The position numbers were made by a program, and so were the translations under genes. A stretch of 58,192 bases of DNA from contig CAYYCV010000006.1 of the NCBI GenBank assembly GCA_964470405.1, forward strand, positions 1-58,192, written 5' to 3'. Shown here piece after piece: positions 13,809 to 23,030 of this stretch. The notes below the pieces were generated by a model. That model did not search any database, had not been told where the DNA came from, and saw only the letters and a list, made by a program, of their open reading frames with translations. This DNA comes from an uncultured Bacillales bacterium. GTDB lineage: Bacteria > Bacillota > Bacilli > Paenibacillales > CAYYCV01. Positions within the stretch are counted from its first letter, which is position 1; each line of letters opens with the position of its first letter.

Positions 13809-14534
13809 ATGGAGGAGCATGTAACGGAACGCTTCTGCGGATTGCTTGCCGAGAAAGGTTTTCTGTTGACGGGAAGGCAAAGGGATCAGTTTGACATTTA
13901 TTTCAAAGAGTTGGTTTCATGGAATGAAAAAATCAACTTAACCTCCATTACAGAGAGGGAACCGGTTTATTTTAAACACTTTTATGATTCCGTTTCCCTC
14001 TCTTTCTTCGTGAAAATGAACGGCGTCCACTCGCTGGCTGATATCGGTTCGGGGGCCGGATTTCCCGGTTTGCCGTTGAAGATTTTATTTCCCGGTTTGA
14101 AGGTTTTGATTATCGATTCGCTTCAAAAGCGGGTTCGTTTTCTTCATCATCTTACGGAACGGTTGGGATGTCGGGATGTTGAATGCGTTCATGCCAGAGC
14201 GGAGGAGGCGGGAAGAAATCCGAAGTATCGAGATCGCTTTGATCTGGTTACGGCCCGGGCGGTGGCAAAGCTGAATGTTTTATGCGAGCTTTGCTTGCCG
14301 TTCGTGTCCGATGGAGGTTTGTTCGCGGCGATGAAAGGATCGGACCCCCGGGAAGAAATAGACGCTTCATTGTTCAGTTTGCATGCGCTGCGGGCAAAGG
14401 TGGATCGGGTGTTTCACTTTGAACTTCCCCTTGAAAACGCCGCAAGGCATATTATTTTGATTCGCAAGGAGGGTTTAACCCCGAAAAAGTACCCCAGAAA
14501 GCCGGGTCTGCCTGTAAAACAGCCGCTCCAATAG
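13809..14534 (+). CDS. rsmG: 16S rRNA (guanine527-N7)-methyltransferase RsmG
   Basis: 241 aa. SAM motif DIGSGAGFPGLPLKI. Confidence 0.95.
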   Translation: MEEHVTERFCGLLAEKGFLLTGRQRDQFDIYFKELVSWNEKINLTSITEREPVYFKHFYDSVSLSFFVKMNGVHSLADIGSGAGFPGLPLKILFPGLKVLIIDSLQKRVRFLHHLTERLGCRDVECVHARAEEAGRNPKYRDRFDLVTARAVAKLNVLCELCLPFVSDGGLFAAMKGSDPREEIDASLFSLHALRAKVDRVFHFELPLENAARHIILIRKEGLTPKKYPRKPGLPVKQPLQ

Positions 14535-14537
14535 CAT

Positions 14538-14553
14538 TGTTTCACGTGGAACA
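14538..14553. promoter_or_regulatory. parS centromere-like site
   Basis: TGTTTCACGTGGAACA. Its reverse complement, TGTTCCACGTGAAACA, matches the Bacillus parS consensus exactly. Confidence 0.85.
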
Positions 14554-14681
14554 TTTGCAACGAAAATCTTTATATTTCCAAGGCAGGATATTGGATAAGC
14601 GATGGAGAATAGTTCCCTTACGGAGTATGAACGATCGCGCGAATCCACATCCATTCCGATAAAGTGGTGGGAAGGTAGAAA

Positions 14682-15497
14682 ATGATGGAACAAATTTCGA
14701 GAATTTTTGGTTTTTCCGATCGAAATGCAAAGGAAGAGGTTCGGCGTATCCCTGTAGGGGAAGTTGTTCCTAACCCGCATCAACCGAGGACGATTTTCGA
14801 CGATGACCGCATCGATGAATTGTGTCAGACGATTAAAACACATGGCATCATTCAGCCGATCGTGGTTCGGGTGCGAAACGAGAAATTCGAGATTATTGCC
14901 GGTGAACGCAGATGGAGAGCGGCGAAAAAGCTTGGTATGGATTACATTCCCGCCATTGTCAAGGAATTTAACGATTCGCAATCCGCTTCGATCGCACTCA
15001 TTGAAAACCTTCATCGGGAAAACTTGTCCGCGATCGAAGAAGCCGCCGCGTACCAACAGTTGATCGAATTGCACGGGTTGACGCAGGAAAGTCTGGCGCA
15101 ACGGCTCGGGAAAAGCCAATCTACCATTGCCAATAAAATTCGCCTTTTGCATTTAGGGAGCAAGGTCAAACAGGCGATGCTGGATCGCCTGATTACGGAA
15201 CGCCATGCGCGAGCCCTTTTGTCGCTTGACTCGGAGGAGCTCCAGGAAAAGGTGTTGGAGGACATTGTCAGCAAGGAACTGAATGTCAAGCAAACGGAAG
15301 CCAGAGTGAAGTATTACAACGAAAGCGCAAAGATTAAAAAAACCAAACGTTTTTCTTTTTCAAAAGATATACGGTTGGCTCTCAATACCATACGCCAGTC
15401 CGTGGAGATGGTTTCCGAATCGGGTTTGAAAATCGTCACGGACGAACGGGATTTGGATGATCATTACGAATTTGTAATCCGGATTCCGAAGAAATAG
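14682..15497 (+). CDS. noc: Nucleoid occlusion protein Noc (ParB paralog)
   Basis: 271 aa ParB-like protein ([11 protein letters not shown]) lying upstream of soj-spo0J, as in Bacillus. Confidence 0.9.
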   Translation: MMEQISRIFGFSDRNAKEEVRRIPVGEVVPNPHQPRTIFDDDRIDELCQTIKTHGIIQPIVVRVRNEKFEIIAGERRWRAAKKLGMDYIPAIVKEFNDSQSASIALIENLHRENLSAIEEAAAYQQLIELHGLTQESLAQRLGKSQSTIANKIRLLHLGSKVKQAMLDRLITERHARALLSLDSEELQEKVLEDIVSKELNVKQTEARVKYYNESAKIKKTKRFSFSKDIRLALNTIRQSVEMVSESGLKIVTDERDLDDHYEFVIRIPKK

Positions 15498-15513
15498 CAG
15501 AGAGGTGAATAGG

Positions 15514-16275
15514 TTGTCAAAGATCATAGCCATTACGAACCAAAAAGGCGGAGTTGGCAAAACGACCACTTCCGTTAATTTGGGAGCATCATTGGCTTCT
15601 TTGGGCAAGAAAGTACTTTTGGTAGATATAGATCCGCAAGGCAACACGACAAGCGGAATCGGGATTAACAAGGCGGATGTGATATATTGCATCTACGATG
15701 TTATTATTAACGATATTCATCCGAAAGACACGATAGTAGATACCAAAATTGAAAATTTGCAAATCATTCCGGCCACGATTCAATTGGCCGGCGCCGAAAT
15801 CGAGCTTGTTCCCACCATTTCGCGGGAAATTCGCTTGAAAAAATCGCTTCATTTAATTAAGCATATGTTTGATTATATATTGATTGACTGTCCGCCTTCC
15901 CTGGGCATTCTTACAGTGAACTCTCTTACGGCATCGGATTCCGTCATCATACCGATCCAGTGCGAATATTATGCGCTTGAAGGCTTGAGTCAGCTTTTGA
16001 ACACGGTTCGTCTGGTGCAAAAGCATCTGAACACGTCGTTGCAGATTGAAGGTGTTTTGCTGACCATGTTCGATGCCAGGACCAATTTGGGCATCCAAGT
16101 CATAGAAGAAGTTAAAAAGTATTTTCAACAAAAGGTATATCAAACGATCATCCCGCGCAATATCAGACTTAGCGAAGCTCCGAGTCACGGTCAATCGATC
16201 ATCACGTATGATCCGAAATCGAAAGGTGCTGAGGTTTATATGGAACTTGCGAAGGAAGTGATTGAAGTTGAATAG
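15514..16275 (+). CDS. soj: Chromosome partitioning ATPase Soj/ParA
   Basis: Deviant Walker A NQKGGVGKTT. TTG at 15514 (MSKIIAIT), 7 nt after GAGAGGTG, is preferred. The ORF track starts at 15505. Confidence 0.95.
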   Translation: MSKIIAITNQKGGVGKTTTSVNLGASLASLGKKVLLVDIDPQGNTTSGIGINKADVIYCIYDVIINDIHPKDTIVDTKIENLQIIPATIQLAGAEIELVPTISREIRLKKSLHLIKHMFDYILIDCPPSLGILTVNSLTASDSVIIPIQCEYYALEGLSQLLNTVRLVQKHLNTSLQIEGVLLTMFDARTNLGIQVIEEVKKYFQQKVYQTIIPRNIRLSEAPSHGQSIITYDPKSKGAEVYMELAKEVIEVE

Positions 16276-17122
16276 GCGATTGGGCAAAGGGCTGGACGCG
16301 CTCATTCCTTCTCTGCATATCAATGACGACGACAAAGTGGTCGAAATTGCAATCGGCCAATTAAGAGCGAATCCGTATCAGCCGAGAAAAAATTTCGAGG
16401 ACGACAGCATGAAGGAACTGGCCGCGTCGATTAAAGAGCACGGCGTTATTCAACCGATCATTGTGCGTTCCGTGCTGAAGGGATTTGAAATCATTGCCGG
16501 CGAAAGAAGATGGCGCGCAGCTCAAATGTGCGGTTTGGTCACGATCCCCGCGGTTGTAAGGAGCTACTCCGATCAACTGGTGATGGAGATCGCTTTAATT
16601 GAAAACTTGCAGCGTGAAGACCTGAATGCGATTGAAATTGCTTCCGCCTATCAAGCGCTGATGGATCAATTTGCACTGACGCAGGAAGAGCTTGCTTTGA
16701 AAGTGGGAAAATCACGGTCGCATGTTGCCAATTTTCTAAGATTGTTGCAGCTTCCCGAGGAAATTAAAGATAATGTTTCACGTGGAACTATTTCGATGGG
16801 ACATGCCCGCGCCATTGCCGGTTTGAAGAATAGCAAGCTGCAACGGGAGATGGCGGAGCATGTCATTAAAGAGAATTGGAGTGTAAGGGAACTGGAGGAG
16901 GCACTGCAAAAATCGGAAGAAAAAAAGAAGCCGAAGTCCAAAGCAAAGCCCTCCAAAAGAAATGACCCTTACATCAATCAAATGGAGGAAGCATTAAGAC
17001 ACATGTATCGTACCACTGTGAGGATTCATCATCAAAAAACGAGAGGCAAAATTGAGTTGTCCTATTACTCCAAAGAAGATTTGGAACGTCTTTTGGAGCT
17101 ATTGCAAGGAAAAACTTCCTGA
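16262..17122 (+). CDS. spo0J: Chromosome partitioning protein Spo0J/ParB
   Basis: 286 aa. ParB box [11 protein letters not shown] and an HTH. Exact start is uncertain. Confidence 0.93.
   Translation: MKLNRRLGKGLDALIPSLHINDDDKVVEIAIGQLRANPYQPRKNFEDDSMKELAASIKEHGVIQPIIVRSVLKGFEIIAGERRWRAAQMCGLVTIPAVVRSYSDQLVMEIALIENLQREDLNAIEIASAYQALMDQFALTQEELALKVGKSRSHVANFLRLLQLPEEIKDNVSRGTISMGHARAIAGLKNSKLQREMAEHVIKENWSVRELEEALQKSEEKKKPKSKAKPSKRNDPYINQMEEALRHMYRTTVRIHHQKTRGKIELSYYSKEDLERLLELLQGKTS
16774..16789. promoter_or_regulatory. parS site inside spo0J
   Basis: TGTTTCACGTGGAACT, 1 mismatch to the consensus. An intragenic parS in spo0J is known from B. subtilis. Confidence 0.7.
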
Positions 17123-17146
17123 GACTGTCCGAGAGGGTCGAATCGA

Positions 17147-18310
17147 ATGGGAATACGATACTTTGATCACGCGGCTTCCTCATGGCCCAAGCCGCCGGAA
17201 GTGATTGCGGCGATGGACGAATGCATGCTGGAGTATGCCGCCAATCCCGGGCGCGGAAGCCACGCTATGGCGGTAAGGGCAAGCCGCGCTTTGTTTGATG
17301 CGCGAAGAAATCTGGCAAGCCTGTTCCATGTCAAAGATCCGAATCATATATCGTTTGCGCTGAATACGACGCATGCTTTGAATCAGGCCATACATGGTTT
17401 TGTGCGAGCGGGAGATCATGTGATATGCACTGAAATTGAGCACAATTCGGTAAGGAGACCGCTGGAGTATTTAAAGGCAAAACGGGGCATTCAGATCACC
17501 TATTTGCATGCCGACCTTTTTGGAAATATCGATCTTGCCGATTTGGATCGTTCGGTTCAAGCCAATACCCGTCTGATTGTCTGCAATCATAGCTCCAATT
17601 TGCTGGGCAATATTTTACCGATTGCCCAAATCGGCGAATGGGCGAAGCGGCGCGGGGTTAAACTGTTGGTGGATGCGGCGCAAACGGCCGGCGTTTTGGA
17701 CATTGACGTGGAACGCATGGGGATCGATATGCTGGCTTTCCCAGGGCATAAAGGATTGCTGGGGCCGCAAGGTACGGGCGGATTATACGCGCATCCCGAT
17801 ATGGAGTTGGAGCCTTTCATGCAGGGCGGGACCGGAAGCCGGTCGGAGGATATCTACCAACCGGGCGTCAGACCCGATCGTTACGAAGCGGGGACGCAAA
17901 ACACGGTGGGGATCGCAGGCCTGAACGAAGGTGTGAAGTTTGTTCTGGAGCAAGCGCCGCAAAAAATCCACCGGAAAGAATGGAGTCTGACTCAGCGTTT
18001 GATGGAAGGGCTAGCGAAAATCGAAGGAATTCGCCTTCTTGGTCCGCCGGCCGGTCAGGATCGGACGGGAATCGTATCGTTTTATTACGAGCATGTCGAT
18101 TCCTCCGAGGCTGCGTTTATTTTCGATCAACATTTTCAAATTGCCGTTCGGTCGGGTTATCATTGCACGCCGCTGGCGCACCGATCCGCGGGTACGATCG
18201 AAATCGGAGCGGTCAGAGCCAGTGTCGGATTTTATACCACGGAAGAAGACGTGGATTATTTCATTGATTCGGCCCGCCAGATTGGCGAACAAACTGGAGT
18301 TGAAGGCTGA
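17147..18310 (+). CDS. Aminotransferase class V / cysteine desulfurase-family PLP enzyme
   Basis: 387 aa. The fold-type I class V pattern includes FPGHKGLLGPQGTGGL, which holds the PLP-lysine region. Confidence 0.85.
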   Translation: MGIRYFDHAASSWPKPPEVIAAMDECMLEYAANPGRGSHAMAVRASRALFDARRNLASLFHVKDPNHISFALNTTHALNQAIHGFVRAGDHVICTEIEHNSVRRPLEYLKAKRGIQITYLHADLFGNIDLADLDRSVQANTRLIVCNHSSNLLGNILPIAQIGEWAKRRGVKLLVDAAQTAGVLDIDVERMGIDMLAFPGHKGLLGPQGTGGLYAHPDMELEPFMQGGTGSRSEDIYQPGVRPDRYEAGTQNTVGIAGLNEGVKFVLEQAPQKIHRKEWSLTQRLMEGLAKIEGIRLLGPPAGQDRTGIVSFYYEHVDSSEAAFIFDQHFQIAVRSGYHCTPLAHRSAGTIEIGAVRASVGFYTTEEDVDYFIDSARQIGEQTGVEG

Positions 18311-18354
18311 AACCTGAACTTGAAGGTTGAACCGCATTTATCGGATGAAGGGGA

Positions 18355-18849
18355 ATGAAAATGGAGGCAGACAGATTTGTCATCGTGATGGCGGCGGCAG
18401 CAATTTTGGCGCTGTGTTTGATTTTGTGCGTATGGCTGGCGGCAATAACGGTAAAGCTGAGGAAGACCGTCCGGCGTTTTGAACGAATGATGGGCGCCGC
18501 AGAGGTGGAAAATTTGGAGGAAGTGGTTGCGAATCTGCAAGCCGATGTGAAAATGCTCCAATCCGGATCTCAACGCCAGGAAGCGCAGGTCGATCAAATA
18601 TGGAAACGGATCGAGCGATTGAAGGCGCATGTCGGCGTTCATCGATATAATGCGTTCAGCGAAGGCGGCAGCGATCTCAGCTTCTCTATCGCCATTGTGG
18701 ATGAACAGCAAAGCGGGGTCGTGATCACGGGGCTGCATAATCGTGAAGATACGTACATTTACGCCAAGCCGTTGGATCACGGACAATCGAAGCATACCCT
18801 ATCTCCGGAGGAGAGGGAAGCGATCAATCAAGCTCTGCCCAAGGCATAG
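18355..18849 (+). CDS. DUF4446 family membrane-anchored protein
   Basis: 164 aa with an N-terminal TM helix and coiled-coil. Sequence and position near spo0J/yyaC are typical of DUF4446. Confidence 0.7.
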   Translation: MKMEADRFVIVMAAAAILALCLILCVWLAAITVKLRKTVRRFERMMGAAEVENLEEVVANLQADVKMLQSGSQRQEAQVDQIWKRIERLKAHVGVHRYNAFSEGGSDLSFSIAIVDEQQSGVVITGLHNREDTYIYAKPLDHGQSKHTLSPEEREAINQALPKA

Positions 18850-19444
18850 CGTTGGGGCTTCGCAAATGAAGCAGCGAGGCGAACAAAGCTTCGGCCATGA
18901 TTTCGGCCATGTTGATGACCAGGCTCAGCCGTGTGTTTTGAAGCACAAAGTACTCCATAAAGCCGCCGACATTGACGATGCCGGTCATATGAATGTCTCC
19001 GACGGGCGGAAGATCCTTATTCACTCCGGCTCCGGGTTTAACCGGCCCGTGCCCGATCTGGATCAAGCCTACGCTGGAATGCTGTCCCAGGCAAGCGTCT
19101 ATGCCGATGACGAAAGGGTGGTTATAGCGCTTTTCGATATCTTCGAGGGTTTCTTTCAAATTGACGGCATGAACCGGCTGGTCGATCGTTCCGTATAAGG
19201 GAAAACGGTATCGGCAGCGCTGTTGAAGGTATCTGCCGACCAACGGCCCGAGCGCGTCGCCGGTGGAACGATCCGTGCCCACGCAAACCACGACAATCTC
19301 CGTGCTTCGGGGAATGCCTGACAGGATTTGGCTTAGATGCGCGCTCAACCTTTGCTGAACTCCCGGCTCCAAATAAGATATTTTAAAGGAGGATTCCAGC
19401 TTTTTCTGGGATCCTGGAAATAAGGCCATAGGCTTCTCCCGCAT
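18824..19444 (-). CDS. yyaC: Putative sporulation protein YyaC (GPR-like protease fold)
   Basis: 206 aa. VVVCVGTDRSTGDALGPLVG motif. Conserved position. Confidence 0.85.
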   Translation of the reverse strand: MREKPMALFPGSQKKLESSFKISYLEPGVQQRLSAHLSQILSGIPRSTEIVVVCVGTDRSTGDALGPLVGRYLQQRCRYRFPLYGTIDQPVHAVNLKETLEDIEKRYNHPFVIGIDACLGQHSSVGLIQIGHGPVKPGAGVNKDLPPVGDIHMTGIVNVGGFMEYFVLQNTRLSLVINMAEIMAEALFASLLHLRSPNAMPWAELD

Positions 19445-19638
19445 TTCACGTATTTTATTTTTCCGTATTAGTATATGGACATTCCGTACTTTTTATACGA
19501 AGCACTTCTAAAAGTACGGCGAAAAAAACGGCGCGGGGGTTGGGCATGGGTTGGAGAAGCGGAAGTGGTCGGGTCGCCTTTGTCCGCGGGTTTCTCCCGA
19601 TCCGGCTGTAAAAACAAGAAATTGAAGGTGAATTCGCG

Positions 19639-19890
19639 ATGGAGCAGTGGATGTTGATTGCATTCGATTCCACGCAGCAGGCGTTGAGAGCGGAGATGCT
19701 GCTGGAATATGCGGAGATCGAAATCGATATATGCCCCACCCCGAAAGAGATTACCGCAGGGTGCGCCTTGTCTGTGGAATTTCCGGGGGATGCGCTGCAG
19801 ACCGTGGAACGGATCATCCGATCGGAGCATGTGGAAATTAAGGGGATTTACCTGAAGGAGGACGGGGGATACGTCCAAATTGAATTTTAG
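19639..19890 (+). CDS. DUF3343 domain protein (putative S/Se carrier-like)
   Basis: 83 aa. The pattern FDSTQQALRAEMLLE...CPTPKEI resembles DUF3343. Confidence 0.65.
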   Translation: MEQWMLIAFDSTQQALRAEMLLEYAEIEIDICPTPKEITAGCALSVEFPGDALQTVERIIRSEHVEIKGIYLKEDGGYVQIEF

Positions 19891-19942
19891 ATTCTGACGA
19901 ACGGTTTGTTTCATGCGAGAAATGGCGGGAGGATGGGAAGGA

Positions 19943-20164
19943 ATGGAACAGAAGCAATTCAAGCTTGGGGATGTCGTGCAGATGAAAAAGCAGCACCCTT
20001 GCGGCTCCAACGAAATGGAGATTATTCGCATGGGAATGGATATCCGGGTTAAGTGCACGGGCTGCAAGCACAGCGTGTTGATCCCCAGGGCGCAGTTTGA
20101 AAAGAAAATGAAGAAAGTGATTCGATCGGCTCTGGTTGAAAATGAAACGGAGGAAAAGCGGTGA
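19943..20164 (+). CDS. DUF951 family protein
   Basis: The KLGDVVQMKKQHPCGSNEMEIIRMGMDIRVKCTGC pattern is typical of DUF951. An internal ATG start is preferred. Confidence 0.75.
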   Translation: MEQKQFKLGDVVQMKKQHPCGSNEMEIIRMGMDIRVKCTGCKHSVLIPRAQFEKKMKKVIRSALVENETEEKR

Positions 20165-20298
20165 CCGCCCCCTCATAAGATATCCGCAGGTTGTATGGGG
20201 AACGAATGCTCGTATTTGAACGGCGGGGCCAAAAGAAATTCATTGCGTTTTCTTTCGATTCTGTGGTAAAATAGCTTTTGTGTCTGGTTGTGTTAAGT

Positions 20299-20391
20299 GG
20301 AAAGGTACCCAAGCGGTTATAAGGGGACTGACTCGAAATCAGTTAGACGGGTAACTCCCGTGCGTGGGTTCGAATCCCACCCTTTCCGCCA
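20299..20391 (+). tRNA. tRNA-Ser (anticodon CGA), CCA encoded
   Basis: Hand-folded cloverleaf. Acceptor stem GGAAAGG/CCTTTCC. Anticodon stem ACTGA/TCAGT with loop CTCGAAA. Long variable arm. T-arm GTGGG-TTCGAAT-CCCAC. 3' end G-CCA. Confidence 0.9.
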
Positions 20392-20669
20392 CCAAAAGAA
20401 CCGGCGCGTCGGGCCAAGCCCGGCTTTCCGTCAGACCGATTCGGTCTGTTCCTCTTGCTTATGAAGCAGCTTTCCCTCCGAAGGTTTTTTGAATCGTCCG
20501 TTTGATACGAAAACGCCCTCCGAATGAAATGAGAACGTCTCTCCTTTGTTAGAGCCGCAATTTTTTCTTGTATTCTCAGGCCTGATTTGATATAGTGATT
20601 AGGTGCGAGTTGACAGCTTGCTCCTTGTTCCCGTATGGGGACCGTTTAGTCCAAAAGGAGGTGAAATAA

Positions 20670-20954
20670 ATGCGCAAGTATGAAGTGATGTATATTGTTC
20701 GAACCGATATCGAGCAAGAAGCAGCGGATGCGGCGATTGAGAAATTCAAGGGCATTATCAGCAATGGCGGAGAAATCACAAAGCATGAAGTGCTTGGCAA
20801 ACGCCGTCTTGCGTATGAAATCGACAAGTTTCGCGACGGGATTTATGTTCTCGTCAACTTTACCGCGCCCTCGGAAGTGGTAAAGGAGCTTGATCGAATA
20901 ATGAAGATTTCGGATGAGGTTATCCGGTCTTTAGTCGTTCAGGATATAGCTTGA
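20670..20954 (+). CDS. rpsF: 30S ribosomal protein S6
   Basis: 94 aa (MRKYEVMYIVR...). RBS AAAGGAGGTG. Confidence 0.97.
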   Translation: MRKYEVMYIVRTDIEQEAADAAIEKFKGIISNGGEITKHEVLGKRRLAYEIDKFRDGIYVLVNFTAPSEVVKELDRIMKISDEVIRSLVVQDIA

Positions 20955-20997
20955 TTTTGCTGCCGTTTAGCCGGCAGAAGTCATGGAGGGAGTTCGA

Positions 20998-21471
20998 TTG
21001 TTGAACCGAGTGATTCTTATTGGCAGACTGACCCGGGATCCCGAGCTGCGGTACACCCCGTCCGGGGTGGCTGTTGCCCAGTTTACGCTGGCCGTTGATC
21101 GCCCGTTTACAAATCAGCAGGGCGAAAGGGAAGCCGATTTTATCAATATCGTAGCCTGGAGGCAACTGGCGGAAACGTGCGCGAATTATTTGCGCAAGGG
21201 ACGCTTGACCGCGGCCGAGGGCAGGCTTCAAATTCGTCATTACGACAATAACGAGGGCAAAAGGGTTTACGTCACTGAAGTGATTGCCGATAATGTTCGT
21301 TTTCTCGAATCGGCCGGGGCCGGGGGTGGAAACCGCAATGATCCGCAGGGATCGGGAGCGGGGACCGGAGGCAGCCGGGGACAGGGAAGCTCGAGCTCGC
21401 AGAGCAGCAATCAGGACCCTTTCGTTCATGACGGCACGGTTGACATTTCGGATGATGATTTGCCATTTTAA
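20998..21471 (+). CDS. ssb: Single-stranded DNA-binding protein
   Basis: OB fold ([19 protein letters not shown]), a Gly-rich tail and the C-terminal DDDLPF tip. Start is TTG at 20998 or 21001 after GGAGGGA. Confidence 0.96.
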   Translation: MLNRVILIGRLTRDPELRYTPSGVAVAQFTLAVDRPFTNQQGEREADFINIVAWRQLAETCANYLRKGRLTAAEGRLQIRHYDNNEGKRVYVTEVIADNVRFLESAGAGGGNRNDPQGSGAGTGGSRGQGSSSSQSSNQDPFVHDGTVDISDDDLPF

Positions 21472-21491
21472 GTGGAAAGGAATGAGATCGA

Positions 21492-21767
21492 ATGAATAAC
21501 CGGAGAGAAAATACCAACGACCGGGACGACCGTAAATTCAGCGGCCGCCGTGGACGAGGCAAACGCCGTAAAGTGTGTTATTTCACCGTCAATAAAATCA
21601 CGCATATTGATTATAAAGATACCGATTTGCTCCGCAAGTTTATCAGCGAACGGGGAAAAATCCTCCCGCGCCGCGTAACGGGAACCAGCGCGAAATATCA
21701 GCGGATGCTGACGATCGCCATCAAGCGCGCCCGCACCATCGCTTTGCTTCCGTATACGACGGAGTAA
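21492..21767 (+). CDS. rpsR: 30S ribosomal protein S18
   Basis: 91 aa. Contains KVCYFT...IDYKD...[15 protein letters not shown]. Confidence 0.97.
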   Translation: MNNRRENTNDRDDRKFSGRRGRGKRRKVCYFTVNKITHIDYKDTDLLRKFISERGKILPRRVTGTSAKYQRMLTIAIKRARTIALLPYTTE

Positions 21768-21819
21768 GGGAGCCGGGCAGCGATCAAGGGACAACACAAT
21801 AGATTTCATCAAGCGGAAG

Positions 21820-21867
21820 AACCGCCTGAGTGCGCATAGTAAGCATGTGTTCAGGCGGTTTTTGTTT
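21820..21867 (+). terminator. Rho-independent terminator after rpsR
   Basis: 10-bp stem AACCGCCTGA/TCAGGCGGTT followed by TTTGTTT. Confidence 0.75.
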
Positions 21868-22025
21868 GGACGGCGGGATGTGCGCCGCGAGCTCGCTTCT
21901 TTTTTCAATGCGTCGGATGCGCACGAGGGAAAGCGGAAAGGCTTTTCGGATTTCCCGTTCCCCCCGTGGAGTTTTCTTACAGAGGCGGCCGCTTTGTGTT
22001 ATAATCGTGAATAAAGCTTCGGATC

Positions 22026-22964
22026 ATGAAACGAAGGATGTTATCCACACGAGGTGATTTCTTGTTCAGCCGGATCGGGAAGGCAGGGCTATGGGGCATC
22101 GTTTTTTTATTTATCCTGCTTTCGTTTTTGACGCCTCTAAGTTTTATTACGATCAGTTTCATTATGGTCCCTATCGTTGTTGCGTACGTGAACAGCAATC
22201 TGAAAACGTTTATATTTTTGTTTTTGATTCTGTGGGTGTTGCTGTATGTTTTCGGCGGCAAGCTTGGGCTGCTTTTGATCGGCCTTTCGCTGTTTTATTT
22301 CCCTGCGGCCATGTTGATGGGGCATTTGTACCGAAAGCAAAGCAAGGCCAAGGTGGTTATCACCGCGGGCATGGCTGCGCTGTTCGCGGAACTGCTGTTG
22401 ATTCTGGTCGGTTTTTCGCTGGCCGGGGTAAATATCCCGCTGCTGTTGTCGCAGTTTGCCCAGGACAGCGTGTACAATACCCCGCTGATGCAGCAACTGG
22501 TTCCCCTGGAATTGCAGGAACAATACTTGTTGATCATGCGGCAGATGATTCCCCTGTTTATGATTCTTTTTTCCGCATACTACGCGGTGATCACGCATTG
22601 GATATCCAGAAAGCTGTTGGATCGGCCGGAGCGAAGAATTCCCAAACTTGAGCCAATCAAGGATTGGATGGTTCCCAAGTCGCTGGTGTGGTATTATTTA
22701 ATAGCGCTGTTTCTGGACTTCGTGATGAACCGCGATGCCCAGTCTACGCTGGAAATGATCCTGATCAATCTGGTTCCGCTGCTGATGTTTGTTTTCGCCA
22801 TCCAGGGCATCTCGTTTCTTTTTTTTATTGCCGATCTGAAAAAGTGGAACAAAGCGCTGCCTGTCGTGGGCATCGTGCTGCTGCCGTTTTTTGCCCAAGT
22901 GATCAGTTTGCTGGGGATATTTGATGTCGCTTTTCAGGTTCGCAAGCGGATTCGGAAATCTTGA
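22026..22964 (+). CDS. yybS: YybS family membrane protein (DUF2232)
   Basis: Polytopic membrane protein immediately upstream of gdpP, as in Bacillus. Start is uncertain. Confidence 0.8.
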   Translation: MKRRMLSTRGDFLFSRIGKAGLWGIVFLFILLSFLTPLSFITISFIMVPIVVAYVNSNLKTFIFLFLILWVLLYVFGGKLGLLLIGLSLFYFPAAMLMGHLYRKQSKAKVVITAGMAALFAELLLILVGFSLAGVNIPLLLSQFAQDSVYNTPLMQQLVPLELQEQYLLIMRQMIPLFMILFSAYYAVITHWISRKLLDRPERRIPKLEPIKDWMVPKSLVWYYLIALFLDFVMNRDAQSTLEMILINLVPLLMFVFAIQGISFLFFIADLKKWNKALPVVGIVLLPFFAQVISLLGIFDVAFQVRKRIRKS

Positions 22965-23030
22965 CGGAAGCGCGGCGGGATCTGCGCGCGGGCCGGGCTT
23001 GAAATCGTTTATCTTTTGGGAGCGGATGTT

